From Candidatus Altimarinota bacterium (GTDB lineage Bacteria; Patescibacteriota; Gracilibacteria; 1-14-2-50-48-13): a stretch of 64,000 bases of DNA. Of the stretch, positions 30,527 through 39,680 are shown piece after piece; the stretch's first letter is position 1; the number at the start of each line of letters is the position of its first letter. The translations under genes and the position numbers were made by a program. The notes beneath the pieces are model-generated. The model was not told the DNA's origin and made no database searches. It was given only the letters and a program-made list of their open reading frames with translations. The DNA is taken from the NCBI GenBank assembly GCA_046314355.1, contig JBKBWQ010000001.1, positions 1,344,001-1,408,000 on the forward strand, given 5' to 3'.

Positions 30527-33082
30527 ATGTCACAACTATCCAAATCTCATGCCAGCTTTCAGGAAGAGCATGTGTTGCATGAGTTAGAGCATTATTTGCC
30601 ATCACAAGGTCCCCTAAAAGACTTTGTGCATCATAATTCTCTTCATGCTTTTCAGAATATGAAGTTTTATGATGCTATTTTTAAAGCATCAGAAATATTT
30701 GGCTACCAAACAACTTTTTCTGTTACTGAGTACAGAAAACTCTACGAAATTAATAGAATAGATCCACAGATACTACAACGAGTAATAAAAGAGAGAAAAG
30801 GAGAAGCCGGACTTGAAGAATGGATGAAAAAGGCAGTAACGTCTTCCTATGACTGGAGTGTTACTTCCCGCATTGGAAGATTAAGAAAAGAGTGGAAAAG
30901 ACTCTATCCCATAGATCTTGATAACACAGTACATCCGCTCTTTTTTCGTATTCTTTGTAGTTATCTTGACCAGGGAATTGCTATCTTCCCGTTTCCTTTT
31001 GAACAGAAAGGACTCCTAAATGCAATACGTACTTTAGAAGAAAAAAGTATGGTAAGCTTCTTTAAGACGACAAGAGCGCGTGATCTGCTTATGGATCCAA
31101 ACACAACTATGAGTTCTCTATTGGAGCTTTTAGTAGGAAAAGAAGAATTATTTGAAGAATATCTCTATGATCAGCAGTTTGTCCATAGAGGCTGGTCTGG
31201 TATCGCAGCGACTCTTGCGGCACATCCAGAAGGTTTATTATATCCAAAGAGTATCTCTCTGAAAGATTGTATTATCCTGGAATTGCTGCTTGAGATTGAT
31301 GCTTTGGACAAAACTCTTCATGGGAAATGGAAACCACTTGGAGAAGTAAGTGATTTGAAACCAATTGATATTTTTGAAGATACCGAAAAAAATGAGATTC
31401 ATGAAGTACTCAAAATATGGCAGGATGCCTTTGAGTGGAGTTATTATGACAAAGTGCTTGCAGGACTTTCATTATCTGCAGGACAAAGAGTGAATGTTCA
31501 AGAGAAGAAATCAGAATTTCAGGCAATTTTTTGCATTGATGAACGCGAAGATTCCTTGAGAAGATATCTGGAAGAAGTGGAACCAGGAGCGGCTACTCTC
31601 GGAGCACCGGGTTTCTTTGGAGTAGAGTTTTACTTTCATCCTGCACATGCAAAATTTTATGAAAAACTCTGCCCTGCACCGGTCACTCCAAAATATCTGA
31701 TAAAGGAAGTCGAAAAAGGTGATGCACATAAAAGAGCAGTTGAAGTAATGTATACAAAAAACTCTCATACGTTCTTTAGGGGATTCTTTTCGTCTTATGT
31801 CTTAGGACTTCCCGCACTTGGAAAATTGTTCTTTAATCTGCTTCATCCTACGATGAGTCCGGCGATCGCGGATGCTTTTGCGCATATGGATCATCATGCA
31901 GAGCTCACAATCGTGCATACGGGAGAACGAGATGAGGAGCGTGATCTGCAGGTAGGATTTACTGTAGTGGAGATGGCTGACCGTGTGGAAAAACTCTTAC
32001 GTAATATTGGACTCACGAAGGATTTTGCAGATTTCGTATATATTGTGGCTCATGGCTCAAGTAGTGCAAATAATCCTCATCATGGTGCCCATGACTGTGG
32101 TGCCTGCAGCGGGCGTCCAGGGGCAGTGAACTCACGAGTATTTGCGTTTATGGCAAATTACGGACCTGTGAGAACACTGCTTGCTGAAAGGGGAGTCACT
32201 ATTCCTGAAGGAACAAGATTCATTGGTGCTCTACATGATACAGCAAGTGATCTGATAGCATTTTTTGATGATGAACAATTGCCAGAGGAACTTACTCTTA
32301 AGCATATGAAAAATAAAGTTTCCTTTGAGAATGCGCTTGATTTGAATTCAAAAGAGCGTTCAAGAAGATTTATGTCTATTGATACAACACTGCCACTTAA
32401 AAAAATACGTGAAGCAATTCAAAGGAGATCTGTTTCCTATTTTGAGCCACGTCCTGAACTGGGTCATGGGACTAATGCATTATGTATTATAGGAAATAGA
32501 AGTTTTACAAAGCAGTTATTTCTGGATAGAAGAGCGTTTCTCAATTCATATGATTACAGAAGTGATCCGGAGGGGAAGCTGCTTGTTGGGGTTATTACTC
32601 CACTTGCAGTGGTGTGCGGAGGTATTAATCTTGAGTACTATTTCTCCAGAATGGATAACTACAAACTAGGTGCAGGAACGAAACTTCCTCATAATGTCAT
32701 GGGGCTTATTGGAGTGGCAAATAGTAGCGACGGAGACTTACGTCCAGGACTACCTCTACAGATGATAGAAGTGCATGATCCTATTCGTCTGATGATGATA
32801 GTGGAGCAGATGCCTGAGGTGGTGCTAAGTGTGATCTCTTCTTCTCCAGCGCTTTATGAGTGGTTTATCAATGAATGGGTGCATTTGACAGTCTATCATC
32901 CTGAGGAAAAGAGGTTTTATAGATTTAAAGAAGGTGTCTTTGTTCCTTATGAAATTCTTGATAATGAAGTCGCTGAGGTTTGTGATGTTTCAAAAATGAT
33001 AGAGTCCTGTATCAAGATGAAGACAAATTATATTCTTGATGCTACGAAAGAAAATCTTCCTGTACATATTCTTAAGAAATAA
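30527..33082 (+). CDS. dabA: DabA inorganic carbon transporter subunit (DUF2309/UPF0753, beta-CA-like)
   Basis: PLKDFVHHNSLHAF, FCIDERE, HGS..NNPH..DCGACSG, E.RPELG, FLNSYD and INLEYYFS..DN...GAGTKLPHNV motifs. Confidence 0.92.
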   Translation: MSQLSKSHASFQEEHVLHELEHYLPSQGPLKDFVHHNSLHAFQNMKFYDAIFKASEIFGYQTTFSVTEYRKLYEINRIDPQILQRVIKERKGEAGLEEWMKKAVTSSYDWSVTSRIGRLRKEWKRLYPIDLDNTVHPLFFRILCSYLDQGIAIFPFPFEQKGLLNAIRTLEEKSMVSFFKTTRARDLLMDPNTTMSSLLELLVGKEELFEEYLYDQQFVHRGWSGIAATLAAHPEGLLYPKSISLKDCIILELLLEIDALDKTLHGKWKPLGEVSDLKPIDIFEDTEKNEIHEVLKIWQDAFEWSYYDKVLAGLSLSAGQRVNVQEKKSEFQAIFCIDEREDSLRRYLEEVEPGAATLGAPGFFGVEFYFHPAHAKFYEKLCPAPVTPKYLIKEVEKGDAHKRAVEVMYTKNSHTFFRGFFSSYVLGLPALGKLFFNLLHPTMSPAIADAFAHMDHHAELTIVHTGERDEERDLQVGFTVVEMADRVEKLLRNIGLTKDFADFVYIVAHGSSSANNPHHGAHDCGACSGRPGAVNSRVFAFMANYGPVRTLLAERGVTIPEGTRFIGALHDTASDLIAFFDDEQLPEELTLKHMKNKVSFENALDLNSKERSRRFMSIDTTLPLKKIREAIQRRSVSYFEPRPELGHGTNALCIIGNRSFTKQLFLDRRAFLNSYDYRSDPEGKLLVGVITPLAVVCGGINLEYYFSRMDNYKLGAGTKLPHNVMGLIGVANSSDGDLRPGLPLQMIEVHDPIRLMMIVEQMPEVVLSVISSSPALYEWFINEWVHLTVYHPEEKRFYRFKEGVFVPYEILDNEVAEVCDVSKMIESCIKMKTNYILDATKENLPVHILKK

Positions 33083-33087
33083 CTTTT

Positions 33088-34938
33088 ATGATGTCTTATT
33101 TACTAAGTTTCTTTATTGTTTTTCCTCTTATTGCGCTGTTTGTCTCGTTGTCACTTCCGCGCGCCTGGGAAAAGGGAATTGCCTTTACTGCCATTACAGG
33201 AATATCTGTAAATCTTATGCTGTATATAGCGCTTTTGTATCTTTGGAGTATAGAAGGATTTCATCCAATTGCGCAGCAGGGTCTCATACTCTTCTCAAAT
33301 GTACACTACACCTTTGCGTTGGATTTCTATTTTGATGTTGTTTCTGCAGTCTATTATGGGGTGACTTGTATTATGACTCTGATGATCATGCTGTTTAGTA
33401 AAACCTATATGCACCGTGATCAGGGATACAAAAGATTCTATAATACTGTCTTGGTATTCTTTACAGGGTTAACACTGGTTATTTTATCAGGAAATCTTGA
33501 AACACTTTTTCTTGGATGGGAATTTATCGGAATTAGTTCTTTTCTGCTTATTGCATTTTATAGAGATCGTTTCCTTCCTGCTAAAAATTCTTTGAAAGTA
33601 TTTAGCATTTATAGAGTAGCTGATGCTGTATTCCTCGGAGCATTGTGGTATGCGCATCATATATTTGAAAAGAATATTCATTTCTCTGAATTCACGGAAT
33701 TAATTGCTGCACATGGCAATAGTCTTACTACTCTTGGGGTATTGTTTTTGATCGTTGCTATTATCAAATCCGCACAATTTCCTTTCTCGTACTGGCTTCC
33801 GAGAGCGATGGAAGGACCCACTACTTCAAGTGCAATCTTCTATGGAGCACTCGCTGTGCATATGGGATTATTTGTACTGCTTCGAACTTTTCCACTCTGG
33901 GAAGGCGATATGATTCTGAGAGGATGTATCGTTGTGTTTGGTGTAGCCTCAGCTCTTATTGCAAGCAGCATTACGCGTGTGCAGTCTTCCATCAAGACAC
34001 AGATTGCGTATGCATCGATTACACAGATAGGTATTATGTTTGTGGAGCTTGCTTTAGGACTTCACTGGCTTGTACTTATTCATTTTATAAGTAACGCGCT
34101 TCTGCGGACATATCAGTTGTTGATTTCACCATCAATTGTGGGATATATGATTCATGAACAGTTCTTTTATTTTATTCTTCCGGTACAGAAAATAGGAGAT
34201 AATTTTCTCGGTCGAATTCGCGCAACATTGTATGTACTCGGCATTAAGGAATGGAATATGGATATCTATTTTGCAAGTTATATCTGGAAGCCCTTTAAAA
34301 CGGTTGGAAGAGCGATAAAAATGCTTGATAAGCCCGCTGCAATGATCGTTGCTGCTGTTGTTCTCCTGATAGGTGGATATGTCCTTTATAGTGAACAATT
34401 CTCACCTACTGTACTGCTTACTGTTGCAACACTTGCTGCCTTTGTAAGCCTGCTCTACTATGTTCGAGCATTTACCACAAAAGAACACCCTAGAACTGCC
34501 TGGAATAACGTATTCTTCGGTCATCTTTTTGGAATACTTTTCCTGACGGTGTTTCTGGAGCGAAGCTATATGGAACTTTTTATGTATCTAAGTGGAATCA
34601 TAGTTGCATTTGTTCTCGGACATCTATGTCTTATCTATCTAGATAAGAAGGGAGAACATGATGAGCTCATAGAATATCATGGTCATATGTATGAGCATGG
34701 TCGATTAGGAATTTTTTTCTTTCTTGTCTGTCTTGCCTACATGGCTTTTCCAATTACTCCATCTTTCTTAGGGCAGGAAATACTTCTTAGTCATATTGGG
34801 ACTGAGCACGTGCTGCAGATGATACTCTTTAGTATGGGGTATATTTTTGCAGGTATAAGTGTAATGCGTCTCTATGCAAAGGTATTTTTTGGACCGCACG
34901 ATAAGACATATCATGAAATTGCATATCGATCTTCTTAA
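33088..34938 (+). CDS. dabB: DabB proton-conducting membrane subunit (NuoL/ND5-like)
   Basis: GWEFIGISSFLLI, KSAQFPFSYWLPRAMEGPT and K..IAYASITQIG motifs; directly downstream of dabA. Confidence 0.88.
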   Translation: MMSYLLSFFIVFPLIALFVSLSLPRAWEKGIAFTAITGISVNLMLYIALLYLWSIEGFHPIAQQGLILFSNVHYTFALDFYFDVVSAVYYGVTCIMTLMIMLFSKTYMHRDQGYKRFYNTVLVFFTGLTLVILSGNLETLFLGWEFIGISSFLLIAFYRDRFLPAKNSLKVFSIYRVADAVFLGALWYAHHIFEKNIHFSEFTELIAAHGNSLTTLGVLFLIVAIIKSAQFPFSYWLPRAMEGPTTSSAIFYGALAVHMGLFVLLRTFPLWEGDMILRGCIVVFGVASALIASSITRVQSSIKTQIAYASITQIGIMFVELALGLHWLVLIHFISNALLRTYQLLISPSIVGYMIHEQFFYFILPVQKIGDNFLGRIRATLYVLGIKEWNMDIYFASYIWKPFKTVGRAIKMLDKPAAMIVAAVVLLIGGYVLYSEQFSPTVLLTVATLAAFVSLLYYVRAFTTKEHPRTAWNNVFFGHLFGILFLTVFLERSYMELFMYLSGIIVAFVLGHLCLIYLDKKGEHDELIEYHGHMYEHGRLGIFFFLVCLAYMAFPITPSFLGQEILLSHIGTEHVLQMILFSMGYIFAGISVMRLYAKVFFGPHDKTYHEIAYRSS

Positions 34939-35279
34939 TATATTGAAAGATACTTCGGATCGATTGTTCATTTTTCAAATGAAGGGACCTAACATGGATA
35001 GGGTCTCTTCAATATGAACTGGTTTGTTTTGTATGTGAAGAATAACAGCGATACTCCAGAAGGTTTGGCAAAAGATAATCAAGTATGAACAAATTTGTTT
35101 AATTATTTTTAATAGAGTTATATTCCAGATTCCTACTTATAAATGAAACTTGAGAGTATACGCCTTACTGAAAGACTCTATTATGACAAAACTGTAGTAT
35201 TTCTGATCCAAACACCTGAAAGTCTTCAACGTCTAACTGCGCAAGATGTGCATTCTATCTCCGTAAAATATATGAAAGG

Positions 35280-35537
35280 CTATAAAATTTTCGTTCCAGT
35301 AAGTTGTACTATTGCATCTTTAGCTTTTTCTCTCAACGGTTCATCATCAATATACATATAGATTTCCTTAAAATCTTCTACACTATGGATGTGAGAACTG
35401 AACTCTTTTTTATATTTTTCAAACTCGGCGGCATATTCAGGTTTTTTCAAAAGAAAATTATAAAGATCAACATGATCTTCCATATTTTCGGGACTTTGTA
35501 AAAAACGAGGAAGATGATCTTTTTTAAAAAGCTCCAT
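35280..35537 (-). CDS. Hypothetical protein
   Basis: 85-aa ORF co-oriented and closely spaced with its neighbours. Confidence 0.5.
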   Translation of the reverse strand: MELFKKDHLPRFLQSPENMEDHVDLYNFLLKKPEYAAEFEKYKKEFSSHIHSVEDFKEIYMYIDDEPLREKAKDAIVQLTGTKIL

Positions 35538-35548
35538 ACGGTCAAGTT

Positions 35549-35896
35549 CTAAAAATCCTCTGTATGTACAGCGAGTGCTTGAGCTTTACTCTCTACCAAT
35601 GCTCTTTGCTCATGAGAAAAAGGAAAGCTGAACAATGCCTGTGAACAGGTGTAGGTATCATTAGCAAGTGGGATAATATGTTCGTTAAGCCATTGTATGA
35701 ATTTGGAGTCTTCTTCGGGTACATATGCAGAAGTATCATACAGATGCCAAAAGATGAGCTTCTCTGCTGTGTAGAAATTTTGAATATCTTTAAAGGTAAT
35801 GAGTCCCTGGCTATAGAGCTTGCCTAATGTGTCTCCGTAGTTCAGAGGAAAACCTTCTTCTTTAATCTGTACAAAATGTGGTCTATGTGAAGGCAT
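35549..35896 (-). CDS. Hypothetical protein
   Basis: 115-aa ORF in the ruvB-hemW run. Confidence 0.55.
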   Translation of the reverse strand: MPSHRPHFVQIKEEGFPLNYGDTLGKLYSQGLITFKDIQNFYTAEKLIFWHLYDTSAYVPEEDSKFIQWLNEHIIPLANDTYTCSQALFSFPFSHEQRALVESKAQALAVHTEDF

Positions 35897-35961
35897 ACTT
35901 TAAAAATTATCTGATGTTTTTACTGAATGGTGGAAATGTCTTACAGATATTGTCATTTATT

Positions 35962-37113
35962 TTAGAGTAGTTTGCTGACAATAAAATTATGAAGCAGTCT
36001 TTTTCCTTCTTTGATTTTATATCCGTTTGCAGTTGTTTCAAGCATATCGTCCATATCATCTGCATTTTTTCTTAATTCAATAAGCTCCTCATCAGATAGT
36101 AGTGTATTCATATAGCTTATATCTATACCTTCATTAAGCCGCAGCGCCGTCATCAAGTATGTATCTGCAGTATCTTTCTTAGATAAAGTTTCTATGCTTT
36201 GTAGATTTATTTTCTCCTGATTTTTCATATAAAGATTCATATTCTGAATATTACTCCACCGCTTATGATCAAAAAATGATCCTGCTCCGAGACCAACTCC
36301 TAGATATTCATATCCTCTCCAGTACATGAGATTATGTTTTGATTCAGTTGTTTCCTTTGCCCAGTTTGAAATCTCATATTGTGTGAAGCCGTTTTTGAGT
36401 AAAATGCTTTTCATCTGCTCAAAAATTTCCAATTGGACTTCTTCTTGTAGGAACTCTTTTTCCGGCAGCAGCTGAAATGGAGTACCGGATTCTATAGTCA
36501 GAAAATAAGAGGAGATATGTGAAGGTTGAAATTGAAGGATTTCCTCTAGAGTATGTATAAAGTTTTCTTTTGTTGAATCTGGTAAGCCGAGGATCAGATC
36601 TACATTAAAAGGAATATTGGTATTTTGTAGTAATGAGAGTGCGTGCAATGCTTGTGCCCGAGTATGTTTTCTGCCAGCTTTTTGAAGCACTTTTTCATCA
36701 AGACTTTGTATGCCGATACTCACCCGAGTGATCCCTATTTCTTTTAGGTCAGAGAGATATTGTTTAGTGACGTGTTCGGGATTGAGCTCAAAGGAGATCT
36801 CTATCACATCACTTTTCGAAGGAGAATCAGAAACAGACTGAGGGGGAATTATAATGCTAAGTAGATCTATAATATCTTCTTTTTTTAAAGTGCTTGGTGT
36901 ACCGCCTCCAAAGTAAACTGTACGGATTGTTCTATCTTGTTCGTGAGCAAATTTTATTGTTTTTTTGAGTTCTTTTTTTAATTCAGCAAGATACTGATCA
37001 TAAAAACTATGATCAGTAATCACTGCAAAAGAACAGTAATGGCACTTACTTGGACAAAAGGGGATGTGAATGTAGAGACCGATGTCTTTTTTTCTCTGAA
37101 AATGAATCATCAT
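35962..37113 (-). CDS. hemW: Radical SAM heme chaperone HemW (HemN-like)
   Basis: LYIHIPFC..KC.YC.F, YFGGGTPS, RVSIGIQS, DLILGLP, YEISNW and HN..YW motifs. Confidence 0.88.
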   Translation of the reverse strand: MMIHFQRKKDIGLYIHIPFCPSKCHYCSFAVITDHSFYDQYLAELKKELKKTIKFAHEQDRTIRTVYFGGGTPSTLKKEDIIDLLSIIIPPQSVSDSPSKSDVIEISFELNPEHVTKQYLSDLKEIGITRVSIGIQSLDEKVLQKAGRKHTRAQALHALSLLQNTNIPFNVDLILGLPDSTKENFIHTLEEILQFQPSHISSYFLTIESGTPFQLLPEKEFLQEEVQLEIFEQMKSILLKNGFTQYEISNWAKETTESKHNLMYWRGYEYLGVGLGAGSFFDHKRWSNIQNMNLYMKNQEKINLQSIETLSKKDTADTYLMTALRLNEGIDISYMNTLLSDEELIELRKNADDMDDMLETTANGYKIKEGKRLLHNFIVSKLL

Positions 37114-37118
37114 ACTTA

Positions 37119-37646
37119 TTATTTATTTCTCCAATAAAGAAGAATACTTATGAAAGCCAGTACAGCAGTATAAAATAGAACGTAATTTAAAGTAAGAAGA
37201 TGTTCGAAGTAATTATCTCCACCGGTGATGAACTCTACGTGAAGAACGTGTAAAAGCATCAGTCCTAGAGGTATATAGAATCTTGTAATAGGAGAGAGTT
37301 TTGTAAGTTTTTTTAGTACGATTTCAGAAAATATCAGAAATAGGATAAAAAAAGGCAGCGTATTCTGCAATCTCCATCGGCGACCAATGCTAAATGTATG
37401 AGTAGCAGATTGGCATTCATCCAAAGACGTATATGTACCTTCGAGTTGTTTACTCCGCAGAGAGTATGACTTATTGATAAGGGGATCAGAAGATATTTGC
37501 TTTATGTCACACTTGTGGTTTTTAAGATCGTAACCATATGTGATAGAGAGCTGTGTGGGTTGATTATCTGCAGATATCTTGGTTGGTGATAAAACCAAAA
37601 AAAATATCATGATAAGCAGTACTTTTTTCATATCCAGTGTATGCAC
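37119..37646 (-). CDS. Hypothetical membrane protein
   Basis: Signal peptide, two-Cys ectodomain and three TM segments. Confidence 0.6.
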   Translation of the reverse strand: MHTLDMKKVLLIMIFFLVLSPTKISADNQPTQLSITYGYDLKNHKCDIKQISSDPLINKSYSLRSKQLEGTYTSLDECQSATHTFSIGRRWRLQNTLPFFILFLIFSEIVLKKLTKLSPITRFYIPLGLMLLHVLHVEFITGGDNYFEHLLTLNYVLFYTAVLAFISILLYWRNK

Positions 37647-38711
37647 TTAAGAAAGAAAAGATGTTTGACTGGATGATTCATTCTTTACAAAGAGCTTTTG
37701 CATTCCTAAATGAATATAGGCTTTTTCAGTGGGTTTTCGTCCTCGAGGAGTCCTTTCTATAAATCCTAACTGTAGTAGAAACGGCTCATACACTTCCTCA
37801 ATGGTGCCTTCCTCCTCTGAAGTGGCAGCGGCAAGCGTACCAAGCCCAATAGGTCTTCCTCCGAATTTTTCGATCATAGTGAGAAGAAGATGCCTATCTA
37901 TGTAGTCGAGTCCAAATTCATCGATATTGAGGTGAGAGAGTGCTTCATTGGCTACCTCAAGATCAATAGTATCTTTTTTCCCGACCTGTGCGAAGTCCCG
38001 TACTCTTTTGAGGAGTCTATTGGCAATACGCGGGGTCTTACGGGATCTTTTGGCAATCTCAACAGCACCTTCCTTTGTACATTTGATATTTAAAATCTTT
38101 GCAGAACGTATAATAATCTCTGTCATCTCTTCATCAGTATAATACTCAAGTCTGAATACGTGACCAAAACGGTCGCGGAGGGGAGAAGAGAGCATATTCA
38201 TCTTCGTAGTAGCACCTATGAGTGTGAATTTTGGAAGGTTCAGTCTCATGCTTCGTGCAGAAGGTCCCTTTCCTATCATCAGATCTATACAATAGTCTTC
38301 CATGGCGCTATAGAGTACTTCCTCCACAGTGGTCTTGAGTCTATGGATCTCATCTATAAAAAGTATGTCGTGCTCCTGGAGATTTGTAAGCAGGGATGCC
38401 AAGTCACCTGGCTTTTCAATAGCAGGTCCTGAAGTAACTTTGATAGAGACACCCATCTCATGGGCAATAATATTTGAAATGGTAGTCTTACCAAGTCCTG
38501 GAGGTCCGTAAAAGAGCAGATGCTCAAGAGGCTCTCCTCTTTCTTTTGCAGCCTCCAGGGAAACATGCAGATTCTTTTTCATCTGTGTCTGACCAATATA
38601 CTCACTAAAACTTGTAGGTCTCAGTGTATTTTCAAACTGATCTACTGCAGTCTCCTGCTGTTCAAGAATAGTGTTTTCTCTGATTGTTTCGTTCTGGGTA
38701 CTTTTGATCAT
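37647..38711 (-). CDS. ruvB: Holliday junction branch migration helicase RuvB
   Basis: LRP....[21 protein letters not shown] and [15 protein letters not shown] motifs. Confidence 0.97.
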   Translation of the reverse strand: MIKSTQNETIRENTILEQQETAVDQFENTLRPTSFSEYIGQTQMKKNLHVSLEAAKERGEPLEHLLFYGPPGLGKTTISNIIAHEMGVSIKVTSGPAIEKPGDLASLLTNLQEHDILFIDEIHRLKTTVEEVLYSAMEDYCIDLMIGKGPSARSMRLNLPKFTLIGATTKMNMLSSPLRDRFGHVFRLEYYTDEEMTEIIIRSAKILNIKCTKEGAVEIAKRSRKTPRIANRLLKRVRDFAQVGKKDTIDLEVANEALSHLNIDEFGLDYIDRHLLLTMIEKFGGRPIGLGTLAAATSEEEGTIEEVYEPFLLQLGFIERTPRGRKPTEKAYIHLGMQKLFVKNESSSQTSFLS

Positions 38712-38780
38712 GAAAAATGTAATAACATGTAGCTACATTTTAGTGAGGGTTTATGTAAAAGGAAAGGGATAATGAGGGGG

Positions 38781-38830
38781 AGAGTAATAAAGTAATTAAG
38801 TAAGAAAGTAATTGATAATTCAGTAACTAA
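38781..38830. repeat. Short AGTAAT/AGTAAG tandem repeats
   Basis: AGAGTAATAAAGTAATTAAGTAAGAAAGTAATT; same unit as at 10022. Confidence 0.6.
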
Positions 38831-38928
38831 ATTTATTTCTTGATATGAATAATATGAGTATGTGTAAAAAAAGACCTCACCTATTTTGGAATAGTGAGGT
38901 CAGAGGGAAAAGCAGTCGGCAGAGAAAT

Positions 38929-39423
38929 TTAGTTTCTGACTAAGACTTTAGCTTTATTAGCACATGTCTTAATTAGAGGGATTTCATACTGGCTTGAAGC
39001 TATAACTAACCTTGGAATTTCATCTACATGTTCAAGAAATTCAATCGCATCATTAGTGAAGTAGCTATTGAGGGACTCAAACTCAAATGAAAATCCTTTC
39101 TTTACCATCGTGCATAGTAAATCCTTTGGTATAAATAATATATTTTGGAAGTTAATTCCAATTTTATCGAAGTAGGCATCTGTTCTTTGAAAAGAAATTT
39201 GAAAACCTTTCAAAGCTTGTGTTGTTACTTTTAATCTCTGGATATAATAGGATGCTGTTATATAGGCATCTTGTTCAGACACTTTCTTAACTTCATCTTT
39301 TATAAACTTCTGGATTTCATCTTCTTCGGTGCGGCTATAATATCTAGTACGAAACAATAACTCTAAGATTCCATCTAAACTGTTAACTTTTTCTTTAATA
39401 GTCTGATCAACATTCTTTACCAT
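38929..39423 (-). CDS. Hypothetical orphan protein
   Basis: ORF with AGAGGA SD before ATG 39423, TTGACT at 39564-39559, terminator at 38866-38901. Confidence 0.6.
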   Translation of the reverse strand: MVKNVDQTIKEKVNSLDGILELLFRTRYYSRTEEDEIQKFIKDEVKKVSEQDAYITASYYIQRLKVTTQALKGFQISFQRTDAYFDKIGINFQNILFIPKDLLCTMVKKGFSFEFESLNSYFTNDAIEFLEHVDEIPRLVIASSQYEIPLIKTCANKAKVLVRN

Positions 39424-39647
39424 TATAATTTCCTCTTTTATAATTATTTGTTCTCTGCGAATCTGCTTTTCAATGATCATCTCTGGGGGAGACTGGTCAT
39501 ACATTTGAAAGCATATCAGTCGCGTGAGATGAAGGAGTTATAAACTAATTTTAGATAAAGTCAATAGTTGTTTTTCATAAAAAAATACGGCAATGCTTCT
39601 TGTGAAGTTTGCCGTATTTTTTTATTACTTCTGCGAGTAGGGCTTTT

Positions 39648-39675
39648 AGATTCCGGGTCAAGCCCGGAATGACAG
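39648..39675. repeat. GTCATTCC-type REP-like palindrome (reverse orientation)
   Basis: AGATTCCGGG-TCAAG-CCCGGAATGACAG. Confidence 0.75.
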
Positions 39676-39680
39676 AGCGG

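Noticed and set aside
35143-35361. 72-aa plus-strand ORF
   Set aside because: It overlaps a convergent ORF by ~80 bp and has no recognisable motif; unsupported.
36811-36850. Possible REP-derived insert in hemW (PPQSVSDSPSKS)
   Set aside because: Only slightly longer than the usual loop, with no matching repeat elsewhere in the window.
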